Of a DNA stretch of 64,000 nt, positions 32,994 to 42,885 are shown piece after piece. Positions within the stretch are counted from its first letter, which is position 1, and each line of letters starts with the position of its first letter. The notes beneath the pieces were generated by a model. The model did not search any database and was not told the origin of the DNA. It saw nothing but the letters and a program-made list of their open reading frames with translations. Source of the DNA: Candidatus Cloacimonadales bacterium (lineage in GTDB: Bacteria > Cloacimonadota > Cloacimonadia > Cloacimonadales > JAIOQZ01); NCBI GenBank assembly GCA_963662655.2, contig CAXXTU010000002.1, positions 1,504,001-1,568,000 on the forward strand, written 5' to 3'. A program made the translations under genes and the position numbers.

Positions 32994-34244
32994 ATGCTGA
33001 GCGAACAAGAGAAGCTGGATGCCCTGCTGCGGCTCGGAACCGAGCTGAATCAAGTCAACGACCTTGATATCCTGCTCGAACACCTTCTGACAGTTGCCCG
33101 ACGTTTCGTCAACGCGGACGCCGGATCGTTCTACTTGCGAAAAGACGATAAATTTTACTTCCATCTATTGCAAAACGACACGATGGACAACGCATCGGAC
33201 GACCAGCGTATTCCCCTCCCGGGCAACATCTTCCGCAGCCCCGTGAAAGACGATAGCATCGCGGGGTACGTGGCGAAAACCGGAGAATTTCTCAATATCG
33301 TCGATGTCCATGAGATACCGGACGGCGCGCCGTACCGGTTCAATAAGAACTATGATATGCAATCGGGCTATCGCACCTGCTCCATGCTCACGATTCCCCT
33401 GAACAACAAGCGCGGAATCCCCCTTGGAATCCTGCAGATCATCAACGCCAAGGACAGATCGGGAAACATCGTTCAGTTCGTTGAAAAAGACGAAAAGATG
33501 ATGTTCCATTTCGCAAGCATCGCGGCTATCGCTCTCGAACGCGCCCAGATGACCCGTACGCTGCTCCTGCGGATGATCCGAATGGCCGAGCTCCGCGATC
33601 CCAAAGAGACCGGCGCGCACGTCAACCGCGTGGGGAGCTTCTCGGTGGCGCTGTACCAGAAATGGGCAGAGAAGCACGACATCCCGCAAGAGGAGATCGA
33701 GCGCTGGCGGGATATTCTCCGCATGGCCGCCATGCTGCACGACGCGGGGAAAGTCGGCATCTCCGATTCCATCCTGAAGAAACCGGGACGCCTGACGGAC
33801 GACGAACGCATGATCATGAACCAACACGCGCTCTTCGGGGCACAGCTCTTCAACGACATGCAATCCGATTTCGACGAGATCGCCTGCCAGGTGGCGATCA
33901 ACCACCACGAAAATTGGGACGGTACCGGCTATCCTGGGCATATCGATTCCGCCACGGGCGAACCACTCGACGGATACCGCAAGCCGGATGGATCGGCACG
34001 GGGAAAAATCGGTGATGAGACACCCATCTTCGGGAGAATCGTCAAGCTCGCCGACGTTTTCGACGCGCTTTCGAGTCAGAGGTGCTACAAACCTGCCTGG
34101 GACGAGGAAAAGGTGCTGCGCATCATTCAGGAGGATTCCGGAACTGCCTTCGATCCCGAGCTCGTGGAAATATTCATGGAAAATCTGGACACGATTCGAT
34201 TGATTCAGCAACGCTACAAGGACGAGAGTCAGGACGAAGTATGA
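32994..34244 (+). CDS. GAF + HD-GYP cyclic dinucleotide phosphodiesterase
   Basis: GAF with IAGYVA..G and YRTCSML; ETGAHVNRV, LHDAGK, HHENWDGTGYP, ADVFDAL. Confidence 0.92.
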   Translation: MLSEQEKLDALLRLGTELNQVNDLDILLEHLLTVARRFVNADAGSFYLRKDDKFYFHLLQNDTMDNASDDQRIPLPGNIFRSPVKDDSIAGYVAKTGEFLNIVDVHEIPDGAPYRFNKNYDMQSGYRTCSMLTIPLNNKRGIPLGILQIINAKDRSGNIVQFVEKDEKMMFHFASIAAIALERAQMTRTLLLRMIRMAELRDPKETGAHVNRVGSFSVALYQKWAEKHDIPQEEIERWRDILRMAAMLHDAGKVGISDSILKKPGRLTDDERMIMNQHALFGAQLFNDMQSDFDEIACQVAINHHENWDGTGYPGHIDSATGEPLDGYRKPDGSARGKIGDETPIFGRIVKLADVFDALSSQRCYKPAWDEEKVLRIIQEDSGTAFDPELVEIFMENLDTIRLIQQRYKDESQDEV

Positions 34245-34657
34245 GAAAAACAGGGATGCTGCTGATATTGGTATTCGCATTTTGCTTGCTGCTTTCGGAC
34301 TTCGAGGAGGATATCCGGCAGGGAAGGATTTACTTCGCCAAGGGGTACTACAGAGAGGCGCTGGCAATCGCTGAGCAAGTCGTGGAAAAGTATCCGTACA
34401 ACGCGAAGGGATACCATCTTCTGGGGGACGCCTGGTTCAAGATCGGCAAGAAGAAGCCGGCGATGGAAGCGTTCCTTAACGCCGTGAAATACGATCCCGA
34501 GGACGCGGAAGCCTATCTGAAAATCGGCGGACTGTATTACCTCAATCAGGATATCGACAAGGCGGTCGAGTACGTCAAGAAGGCGGCGGACCTGGGCGAT
34601 AAACGGGCCATTAACGTATTGAAGCAATACGAGGAACATAAAAAACAGAATCCTTGA
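34241..34657 (+). CDS. Exported TPR protein
   Basis: Signal-like N-terminus, TPR repeats; ATGA overlap with the upstream stop. Confidence 0.8.
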   Translation: MRKTGMLLILVFAFCLLLSDFEEDIRQGRIYFAKGYYREALAIAEQVVEKYPYNAKGYHLLGDAWFKIGKKKPAMEAFLNAVKYDPEDAEAYLKIGGLYYLNQDIDKAVEYVKKAADLGDKRAINVLKQYEEHKKQNP

Positions 34658-34732
34658 TTTTCATGGATGACCGGCAGCCTTTTTTTTACATTGCGATCAA
34701 GATATAAAAGATATAATGAAAGAAACACAAGC

Positions 34733-35899
34733 ATGAAGATAACGGTTAAGAAATTCGGGGGAACATCGGTCGGGACGATCGAGCGCATCAAGCACGTCGC
34801 GCAGCTCATCGCGTCCGATCACGAGCAGATGCCGTACACCGTTGTCGTCGTTTCCGCGATGGGTAAGACAACCGATGAGTTGCTCGATCTCGCGTACCAG
34901 ATTTCCGACCGGCCTTCGGAACGAGAGATGGATATGCTGCTCACTGCGGGGGAACGCATCAGCATGTCCCTGCTTTCCCTGGCGCTCCACAAGCATGGCG
35001 TGGAATCGATCTCTTTCACGGGCTCCCAGAGCGGCATTATCACCGATACCAGGCATGGAAACGCACGCATCCTGAACGTTAGCGCCTATCGTCTCTGGGA
35101 CGAGCTCGAAAAGCAAAAGGTTGTCATCGTGGCCGGCTTCCAGGGCGTGAGTACGATGAAGGAAATCACCACGCTCGGGCGCGGAGGATCGGATACCTCG
35201 GCGGTGGCGATTGCCTCGTATCTGGACGCGTATTCCTGCGAAATCTATACGGATGTTCCCGGGATATTCACCGCAGACCCGAACAAGGTCGCCGGCGCGT
35301 TCAAGATCGACGAGATCGATTTCGAGACAGCGCTCGTCCTCGCATACAACGGATGCTCGGTGATACATCCGCGAGCAGTCGAGTATGCGATGGACTATGG
35401 GAAAACCATCGAGATCAAATCGTCGATGACCAACGAGCCCGGCACGCTCATAAAAAAGGATTGTTTGATGGAAGAAAGAAAAATCACGGCGATCACGACA
35501 CGCAATTCGTTATGCTTTGTACGGTTAAGCATGGTTAATAAAGACAGCGGCGCGCTCTTCCGGGAGTTGGCGAACGAGGGAATCGATATTTTTAACTATG
35601 CAATAGAAGGTTCGGACATTATACTATTATACGTTGAGAAGATGAGTGTGTCCAAAGTAATCGATATCGCTCGACGGTTCGATGTGACCCCTATTGTGAA
35701 AGATAATGTTTCTGCGATCACAATGGCCGGAAAGCACATCTGGAACGAGATGAAGCTGCTGAGCGAACTCATGACCGTCATGGATAAATACGGCGATTAT
35801 CGCATGGTACATTCCTATCGATCCATCACATTGTTTGTCGACCAGAATCTGGAAGAGAAAATTGTTTCGGTACTTCATGCAAAGTACATTACAAATTAG
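34733..35899 (+). CDS. lysC: Aspartate kinase
   Basis: KFGGTSV, VVSAMGKTTD, VAGFQG, TTLGRGGSDTSA, IYTDVPG. Confidence 0.92.
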   Translation: MKITVKKFGGTSVGTIERIKHVAQLIASDHEQMPYTVVVVSAMGKTTDELLDLAYQISDRPSEREMDMLLTAGERISMSLLSLALHKHGVESISFTGSQSGIITDTRHGNARILNVSAYRLWDELEKQKVVIVAGFQGVSTMKEITTLGRGGSDTSAVAIASYLDAYSCEIYTDVPGIFTADPNKVAGAFKIDEIDFETALVLAYNGCSVIHPRAVEYAMDYGKTIEIKSSMTNEPGTLIKKDCLMEERKITAITTRNSLCFVRLSMVNKDSGALFRELANEGIDIFNYAIEGSDIILLYVEKMSVSKVIDIARRFDVTPIVKDNVSAITMAGKHIWNEMKLLSELMTVMDKYGDYRMVHSYRSITLFVDQNLEEKIVSVLHAKYITN

Positions 35900-35934
35900 C
35901 GTCATCAATCGATGCGTGTTGAAGGGAAACGCCC

Positions 35935-36309
35935 ATGAATGCTATAGCTACTGTCTTACTTGAGGAAGATGACACGACGTTGGCCGATCTGGCCAAGGAG
36001 ATGCTCGCAATGTTCAATATCAGCGTCATTATCGCTGAGACATTGGAAGATGCCGTCGAAACCTACTCCGGGAACTATCAGGAAATCCGTCTCGTTATAT
36101 TCGATATGAATCTCGATAAGTCAACCGGCATTGAAGTATTCGAAGAACTGAAGAAAATCAATAGCGATTTCATCTCGATTCTTGCTTCCGGCATGATAAC
36201 GGACATGGACATCAAGAAGTACAAGAATATGGGATTCAACGAAATCATCAAGAAACCGTACAGCTTCAAGAATCTGAAGGAAATTATTACCGGCTATATA
36301 GGCAACTGA
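35935..36309 (+). CDS. Single-domain response regulator
   Basis: EEDD, IFDMNL, ILASG, KKPY. Confidence 0.85.
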   Translation: MNAIATVLLEEDDTTLADLAKEMLAMFNISVIIAETLEDAVETYSGNYQEIRLVIFDMNLDKSTGIEVFEELKKINSDFISILASGMITDMDIKKYKNMGFNEIIKKPYSFKNLKEIITGYIGN

Positions 36310-36351
36310 CTTGCAATCTCTTACTTGAATGAAGATTTCTGAAGCGATCTC

Positions 36352-36780
36352 TCAGACCAGTTTAATGCGTTCTGCCTTATCAGAGCCGATGGGCATGTAC
36401 TCATACGTATCGATCAACAACTCGACCAGCGCGAAATTCTTATCACCGGAATCCGGAAAATACTTCGAGAACACAGGTATCATCTTCAATACCTTCTCTT
36501 TCAGGGAAATCTCATCGCAAAGTGAAGCCTTCCCCTTCCCTCGTACATATCCCGAAGCGTAATTTCCTTTGAGCATCAGGCAAAACTCGATGCGCGGATT
36601 CGCCTTGATCTGCCCCATCTTAGCGTCGCTGTGAAAGGTGGCGAAAAAGAATCGGTTGTTGATTCTCAAGAGCATCACGGGGCGCACACGGGGTGAATCG
36701 CCCTCAATCGTGGCCAGGGAGACCTGCTGAATTTCTTTGAAGTGAGCGAGAATCGTGTTGAGCAGCTTCCGGGGCATCAT
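36352..36780 (-). CDS. Pyridoxamine 5'-phosphate oxidase-like (split barrel) protein
   Basis: LATIEGDSPRVRP, K..QIKANPRIE. Confidence 0.85.
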   Translation of the reverse strand: MMPRKLLNTILAHFKEIQQVSLATIEGDSPRVRPVMLLRINNRFFFATFHSDAKMGQIKANPRIEFCLMLKGNYASGYVRGKGKASLCDEISLKEKVLKMIPVFSKYFPDSGDKNFALVELLIDTYEYMPIGSDKAERIKLV

Positions 36781-38216
36781 CCTTCCCCGGGTTCTTCGAC
36801 TTCCGCTGCGGTTCTCACCTGATTTCTTCCGCTCTGCTTTCCGCGATACAATGCTTGATCCGCCTTCTTGAGGCAGGCGTCGATCTTCATACCCTGGTTG
36901 TACTCACAGAGGCCCAGCGTCATCGTTACCTTGATGACCTGCTGCTGGAACTCGAATCGGTGCTCCGCAATCGATTGACGAACCTTCTCCGTAGCGATGA
37001 CGCCGCCTTCGAGCGGCGTATCCGGGAAGAACAGCAGGAACTCCTCGCCACCCCACCGGGCAACGATATCCTGCTTGCGCAACATCGATGTCATGAGCTT
37101 CGATATCTCCACCAGAACGTAGTCGCCGGCGTCATGGCCGTAGGTGTCATTGATGGACTTGAAATGGTCGATATCCGAGATGCACAGCACGAATGAATTG
37201 CCCGAGCGATCGCAACGCCGCTGCTCGTACTCGATTTTCTCCATCATATCGCGGCGGTTAGAAAGCTGCGTGAGGGGATCGGTTCTGGCAAGCTGCTCGA
37301 GCTTTTCGTATGCCTTGAGGAGCTCCTCGTTCTTGAGGCTGATCTCGATGTTGGCATTGCGCAAATCACGCAGCGCCTGGTTCTTGAAGCGATACATGTT
37401 CAGCAAGACGAAGAAGAGGATCAATATCAAGCCTATGATGACGATGAAGAGGAACAACATGTTTTTCTGGCGGGAGAGCTCCATCTCCTTGAGCTGGGCA
37501 TCTTCCATCAGGTATTTGATAGCCTTGTCCTTCTCTTCCTTCTCCACCATGATCATGGCCATCTCTTTCTTCTTGCGCTCCGCTTGCTTCTGCAGGCTGT
37601 CCGTCTTCACCTCGATCTGCTTGATCTTGTAGTCGTAGGTCTCCTTGAGGACATCCATCTTCTCCTGGCTGACCTTCGCGAGGATTGTGTCGTTGAGGGC
37701 TTTCTCGAGAGCGAGTGAATCATTCTTCTGCGCAGCGCGCTTCGCCTCGGCTTTGATCGCCGCTTCTTCCGCTACCAGGCTCAGGCGCTTCATCTCCAGC
37801 GCGAGCTCGTCCTGACCCGACCCAGAGTAGATGATGGAAAGGTATTTATAGATGACCGCTTCCTGCTCGTACGCCTCAAACTCATTCGCCATTTTCTGCG
37901 CGAGCTTGACATTCGTAATCGCTTTATCGGTATCCCCTTTGTAATAGTAGGCCAATCCCATATTGACATACGCGTTGATCTCGCCCTCGGGACTCTCCAT
38001 CTTGCGGGATAGCGTCAGCGCTTGCTCAGAGAGCATGATCGCCTTGGCGGGATCGCTCTGCAGATAGACATCGGACATATCGATGATCTTGTTGATTCGA
38101 TCATGATTCGATGTCAAACGATGCTTGCCAAGCAAATTTTCTATCGTATCCTGCGCGAGAATCAAAGTGGCTGTTAGAAGAAAAAACACAAAAAGACATA
38201 TCTTGAACGGATTCAT
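36777..38216 (-). CDS. Membrane diguanylate cyclase with periplasmic TPR domain
   Basis: Signal peptide, TPRs, coiled coil, TM helix, RKQD I-site and GGEEF; alternative TTG start at 38225. Confidence 0.9.
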   Translation of the reverse strand: MNPFKICLFVFFLLTATLILAQDTIENLLGKHRLTSNHDRINKIIDMSDVYLQSDPAKAIMLSEQALTLSRKMESPEGEINAYVNMGLAYYYKGDTDKAITNVKLAQKMANEFEAYEQEAVIYKYLSIIYSGSGQDELALEMKRLSLVAEEAAIKAEAKRAAQKNDSLALEKALNDTILAKVSQEKMDVLKETYDYKIKQIEVKTDSLQKQAERKKKEMAMIMVEKEEKDKAIKYLMEDAQLKEMELSRQKNMLFLFIVIIGLILILFFVLLNMYRFKNQALRDLRNANIEISLKNEELLKAYEKLEQLARTDPLTQLSNRRDMMEKIEYEQRRCDRSGNSFVLCISDIDHFKSINDTYGHDAGDYVLVEISKLMTSMLRKQDIVARWGGEEFLLFFPDTPLEGGVIATEKVRQSIAEHRFEFQQQVIKVTMTLGLCEYNQGMKIDACLKKADQALYRGKQSGRNQVRTAAEVEEPGEG

Positions 38217-38450
38217 TACTCCCAACTCTCATTTTGCTATTTTAAATTTGTAAGTGATTTCAATCGATGTCAAGACATTTCCTGTGATTAATTCCTTGCG
38301 TCGGGATTGGGAATAATGAACGTTTGGGGATTGTTTCATCTTAATGGCTCGCTCGCCTGCCAATAAACACCCATAATTGAATACAACTCATAAAATACGA
38401 AGTTTCCTCCGAATGCAGATCAAATCACGCACAAACGCTATTCTCTTGAA

Positions 38451-39227
38451 CTACCGATTCGATTTCACAGCATCGAAAGCAGCGCTGCGAACCCAGCCGC
38501 CAAGGCCGTTACGGAGCTTGATCTGGCTCCATTCCGCTTCCTTCTTCATAATCTGGAACACATGGCCTTCATGAATGGTGAATACGCGCGTGTACTCCTG
38601 CCCAGGACCGCTGTAGCCAATGGCTGTATCCGCGAGCAGAACAGCTTCGTTATTGTCCTGATAGTGACGCCACCGCGCCCAGCCGAAGATGCCGACAATA
38701 ATGAGCAGAACCATCGCGATCGTGAAGAAGAACAAGGGGACGCTCTTCTCGCGTCCACGATAGAAGACGATCATGATCACGACGATGAGCACGACAACCG
38801 CGAGCAGCGCGACAACGATGATCGCGAGCGCGTTCAGGCTTATCAGTCGGTTGATTTTCCCCAGCATACCGGAGACGACATCCTCTTGCTCGGGATTCTG
38901 TTTATCCTGGATCTGTGTCAGGGCAAAATTCAGGCTGTTTTGAGCGCGAGCGTGAGAGGGATCGATGCGAAGCGCGCGCTTGTAGTTGAGAATCGCGTCG
39001 CCCAGATCGTCCAGGCGGTAGTAGCAATTTCCGATATTGTAGTAGATGTCGGCGTTTTCTATATGCTTGAATACCAGCGAAGAGAACTGCTCCAGCGCGG
39101 TTTGATAGTCTCCCGCCTCATACGCCTTCACACCTTCGTTGAACGTGCTTTCAGAGTCTTGCGCGAAGAGACCGCCGATCAAGATCATCATGATTGCAGT
39201 GAGTAACAGGTTTCCGGTTTTCATCAT
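38451..39227 (-). CDS. batE: BatE (TPR + TM + SH3-like)
   Basis: YYNIGNCYYR..AILNYKRAL, F.IHEG, GWV; last gene of the bat operon. Confidence 0.85.
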   Translation of the reverse strand: MMKTGNLLLTAIMMILIGGLFAQDSESTFNEGVKAYEAGDYQTALEQFSSLVFKHIENADIYYNIGNCYYRLDDLGDAILNYKRALRIDPSHARAQNSLNFALTQIQDKQNPEQEDVVSGMLGKINRLISLNALAIIVVALLAVVVLIVVIMIVFYRGREKSVPLFFFTIAMVLLIIVGIFGWARWRHYQDNNEAVLLADTAIGYSGPGQEYTRVFTIHEGHVFQIMKKEAEWSQIKLRNGLGGWVRSAAFDAVKSNR

Positions 39228-41002
39228 TTCCACCTCATCTTCGAAAGTTCGCCCACCAGCGATTTCAGCGTCTGGAAATCCTCACGGATATTGTCAGTGG
39301 AGAATCCACCCGGCATGAAACGTGCCTGGTTGCACCGATCGAAGAACGTCTTGAGTCGCTGCAACGCTGCTTGCTCGATGGCTTTCTTCTCCAGCCCCGA
39401 GAAAAGCATCTCGGAGGTGCTGCCTCGCGGCAGACGAAGCTTGTCTGCCAGGTAGTTGGAGAGACCCGTCTGTGCCGAGGCGTAGAACTCAATCTTTCCT
39501 ACTTCGCTCGATGCCTGCTTGAGGTATCTGCGGAGAATCGATTGCGCCTTCCGCTGCCGCACGTAATCCAGATTTCCAGCGAGCTTCTCGCGCTCCCTGG
39601 CGTATATGGAAGCCCCGGGCATGAGCAGAAGCACGATAACCCATAAAAACCAGTAGAGGGGCTTGGAGAATGTGGGAACATACGGCTTCACGTTGGTGTC
39701 CCGCACGATGAAATCGATATCCATGCCCTCCATTTCCACGGCAGACTGCGCGACGCCCGGCGTACGAGTGATATAGCCAGGCATGTTCTCGCCCGGCGCA
39801 ACATGCAGCGTGTAAGCCGTCGTCTTGCTGGTGACATACTTCTCTTTCTGCGGATCGAAGTAACTCAGCTCGACGGCTGGAATGGTGAATGAACCTTCTT
39901 CCTGCGCGATTCCCGGATATTTCGCGGTCTTGCTGTTACCGGAAGACTGAATTTCCGGTGCGAGGAAGTGCAAGTGCTGCACCTCCGGCAACATCGGCAT
40001 CTCAAACTTCATGAAGTTGCCCTTGCCGGTGAGCTTCATCGTGTAGGTGAAGGAATCCCCCACCTTGAGCTCGTTCTTGTCGATTCGGCTCTGGATAGTG
40101 AAATTGCCAATGGCCCCGCTGAACGAATCCGGCCTCCCCTCCAGGGGCAGTTCTTTCACCGTGATTTTCCGCTCGGGGCCCTTGATCCGGTAGCTATTGG
40201 CCCGATCGAAATCGAAGAAATCCCGCGAGCGCTTGATGAGCTCGACGTTCATCTCCAGCCCGGGAATGGTCAGCGTACCCGATTCGTTGGGAACCAGCTC
40301 CACTTCCTGGAGCTTCATGCGATTGAATGCCTGCCCATCTTTGGTGACGCGATCGAACGCAACCTTGTTCGCGGTATAAATATCCTCTTTCCAAAAGCCC
40401 TTGAAATCGGGATTCCCGGCAAAGCTCATGTTCGAAACATTGTAGCGGGTAAACAGCATGTACGTGACGCGAATCGGCTCACCTTTATAGGCCTTGGGGT
40501 TCGAAATCTGCGTCTCGATGAACAGGTTGTCATCCAGCTTCTCGTCAGCCTGCGAATCCCGGTTCGCGTTGTTTCGGAATGGCGAACTAGCCTGTGGAGC
40601 GGGACGCGTACTTCCTTCCACCACGGTGATACCGATCGGCTTGGTGGTGAATACATCCTTCCGGTACTTCACCGAGATCGATGGGATGACGAAGTTACCC
40701 TTCTTGAGCGGTTGCAGCGTGAACGAATAGGTGTATGTCATGTTGGACGACATCTTGCCGTTGATCATGGTGTAGGACGACGAGGTGGACGTCGTCACGC
40801 CGAGGTTCTCCACGAAGTCCATCTTCGGGAGCTCCGGGCGATCGATCTTCTCGTTGCCGCTACTGGTCACCTCCACGGAGAGGGTGAACGTATCGCTCAA
40901 TCCCACCCGAGTACGGTCGACGTACGACTGAATTTCCACTGCGCTCAATAGTGGAGCCGCAATCATTGCCAGAACGATGAATAAAAACGCTATATGTCTC
41001 AC
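39224..41002 (-). CDS. batD: BatD family protein
   Basis: SSSYTMING, F.GFWKE, FSGAIGNF, SYFDP; operon position. Confidence 0.9.
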   Translation of the reverse strand: MRHIAFLFIVLAMIAAPLLSAVEIQSYVDRTRVGLSDTFTLSVEVTSSGNEKIDRPELPKMDFVENLGVTTSTSSSYTMINGKMSSNMTYTYSFTLQPLKKGNFVIPSISVKYRKDVFTTKPIGITVVEGSTRPAPQASSPFRNNANRDSQADEKLDDNLFIETQISNPKAYKGEPIRVTYMLFTRYNVSNMSFAGNPDFKGFWKEDIYTANKVAFDRVTKDGQAFNRMKLQEVELVPNESGTLTIPGLEMNVELIKRSRDFFDFDRANSYRIKGPERKITVKELPLEGRPDSFSGAIGNFTIQSRIDKNELKVGDSFTYTMKLTGKGNFMKFEMPMLPEVQHLHFLAPEIQSSGNSKTAKYPGIAQEEGSFTIPAVELSYFDPQKEKYVTSKTTAYTLHVAPGENMPGYITRTPGVAQSAVEMEGMDIDFIVRDTNVKPYVPTFSKPLYWFLWVIVLLLMPGASIYAREREKLAGNLDYVRQRKAQSILRRYLKQASSEVGKIEFYASAQTGLSNYLADKLRLPRGSTSEMLFSGLEKKAIEQAALQRLKTFFDRCNQARFMPGGFSTDNIREDFQTLKSLVGELSKMRWK

Positions 41003-41017
41003 GAGAACATCTCCATT

Positions 41018-41770
41018 TTACCAGTACTTCCCTTTCTTCCGAGGTTCTCCCTGTTCTTTCTGTTTTTGTTTTTGCTGTTCTTCTTTTTCTTTTTCCAACA
41101 GGGCCTTCAGCAACTTCTCGGCGTCCTCTTTCTTCATTTCTTCTTTCGATTTCTGCATCTGCTGCTGCTCTTGCTGCTCTTCCTTTTTCTGATCCTGATT
41201 CTGTTGTTGTTGCTGTTGCTGCTGATCCTTTTTCTCGTCCTGTTTATCGCCCTGTTGCTGTTGCTGCTGATTCTCTTTATCCTGATCCTTGTTCTGATCG
41301 GAATTCTGCTGCTGTTGTTGTTGCTGTTGTTGCTGCTGCTGCATGTAACGGCGAGTCAGCTCGTAGTTGTACCTCGCGTCCGCGTTTTGCGGATTCTCCA
41401 CCACCGACTGCCAATAGTTCTGGAGCGCTTTGTCGTATTCCTGCTTCTGGAAATAGATATTCCCCAGATTCTGGTAGGAACGGGACGAATCGTCGAACTT
41501 CGGATCGCGCAGGGACATCATGTATTCCTGCTCCGCCTGCTCGACATCGCCGTTCTTGAAATACGCGTTCCCCAGATTGTAGTGCATCGCGCCGTCGTGG
41601 GGATTGTCAATCGCGTTTTCCTCGAAGCGAGCTTGCGCCTCTTCCAGATTTCCATCCTTGTAAGCGTTCACGCCCTTGAGGTTGGTCATGACCTTATCGT
41701 AGGTGAGGATTTCCGCTGAAAGCATCATTGAAGCCGCGAGAAGCACACAAGCTAAAACAATCTTTCTCAT
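41018..41770 (-). CDS. batC: BatC (TPR + Gln/Lys/Glu-rich linker)
   Basis: HYNLGNAYFK, ARYNYEL, polyQ, AEKLLKAL, terminal W. Confidence 0.88.
   Translation of the reverse strand: MRKIVLACVLLAASMMLSAEILTYDKVMTNLKGVNAYKDGNLEEAQARFEENAIDNPHDGAMHYNLGNAYFKNGDVEQAEQEYMMSLRDPKFDDSSRSYQNLGNIYFQKQEYDKALQNYWQSVVENPQNADARYNYELTRRYMQQQQQQQQQQQQNSDQNKDQDKENQQQQQQGDKQDEKKDQQQQQQQQNQDQKKEEQQEQQQMQKSKEEMKKEDAEKLLKALLEKEKEEQQKQKQKEQGEPRKKGKYW
41155..41342 (-). repeat. CAG/CAA-rich low-complexity tract encoding polyQ in batC
   Basis: Runs of up to 12 Gln codons, mixed CAG/CAA. Confidence 0.85.
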
Positions 41771-42795
41771 CGGGACACCTCCTCCGGATTCCTGATCCAT
41801 TTCACTTTCTTTCGAGCGATGATCAGCGCTTCGAGAACCAACAGAACGATCACCGCGAAAACGAAATACTGATACCGATCCTGATATTTCTCGAATTCCT
41901 TGCTGTCAAACTTCTTCTTCTCCATCTGCTCGATCTCGCTGAGAATCTCGAGGATCTCGGACTGCCTTGGCGTCACGGGGTAGAACCTGCCGTTGCCCGT
42001 TTGCGCGATGCGGCTCAACACCCGGACGTCCAGTCGTGTCTGAATGATATTGCCCTCTTCGTCCTTGGCGTACTGTCGGTTGCCCGGTTCGTCGCTCTGC
42101 ATGATGGGGGCGCCCTGCTGCGAACCCACGCCAAGCGTGTAGATCACAACGCCCTGCTTGCCGATGTCCTCGGCGACCTTGATGGCATTCTCTTCCAGAT
42201 CCTCGCCGTCGCTGATCAGCACGATAACCTTGTACTTCTGCGCCTGATCGAACAGCTCGTTGGCGGAGGTCAGCGCTTCACCGATGTCGGTGCCGTAAAC
42301 GGGAACCGTATTGGTATCCAGGAGCTCCAGGAACATCCTGAGCGCACCGTAATCGTCGGTAAGAGGACACTGCACGAACGAACGTCCCGCGAAGGCGATC
42401 AGCGCAACGCGGTCCGACTTCAGTTTATCGACGAATCGCGCGATTTGATCCTTCGCGCGGTCGATACGGCTGGGTTTGATGTCTTCGGCGTCCATGCTCT
42501 TGGAGACGTCCACACACACGACGATATCGAGACCTTCCTTCTTCATGATGGACATCTCCTTGCCCCACTGCGGACGCGCCGCCGCGATAATCATGAAGAA
42601 TAGCGCTGCCAGCAGGATGACGTTCTTCAAATTCCAGTGGAAGCTGGAGAACTCCTGCAAGAAGTACCCGAAGAAACGTTTGTCTGCGAAGCGGAGGAAG
42701 TATTTTTCCTGCAGCCTCGCGCTCACCCAGATGAACACCATGTACAACGGTATCAGCAGGAGGAGAATGAGCAGTCCAGGATTACCCCATCTCAT
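41767..42795 (-). CDS. batB: BatB (vWA domain)
   Basis: ARPQWG, MIDAS DVSKSM, PLTDDY, ISDGED. Confidence 0.9.
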   Translation of the reverse strand: MRWGNPGLLILLLLIPLYMVFIWVSARLQEKYFLRFADKRFFGYFLQEFSSFHWNLKNVILLAALFFMIIAAARPQWGKEMSIMKKEGLDIVVCVDVSKSMDAEDIKPSRIDRAKDQIARFVDKLKSDRVALIAFAGRSFVQCPLTDDYGALRMFLELLDTNTVPVYGTDIGEALTSANELFDQAQKYKVIVLISDGEDLEENAIKVAEDIGKQGVVIYTLGVGSQQGAPIMQSDEPGNRQYAKDEEGNIIQTRLDVRVLSRIAQTGNGRFYPVTPRQSEILEILSEIEQMEKKKFDSKEFEKYQDRYQYFVFAVIVLLVLEALIIARKKVKWIRNPEEVSR

Positions 42796-42820
42796 GCTGT
42801 GACCTCCCTGCTGCGTTCGG

Positions 42821-42860
42821 CCCTTCTACTCCGCTCAGGGTGACAGGATTCAGGGTGACA
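42821..42860. repeat. REP-like remnant between batA and batB
   Basis: CCCTTCTACTCCGCTCAGGGTGACA plus a second TCAGGGTGACA; resembles GTCACCCTGAGCGGAGTCGAAGGG-type extragenic repeats. Confidence 0.55.
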
Positions 42861-42885
42861 ATGTATGTTTTTGACATGATTTCTC

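Noticed and set aside
41155..41342. PolyQ tract as a contingency locus
   Set aside because: Mixed CAG/CAA triplets keep the frame, and Gln-rich linkers are normal in BatC
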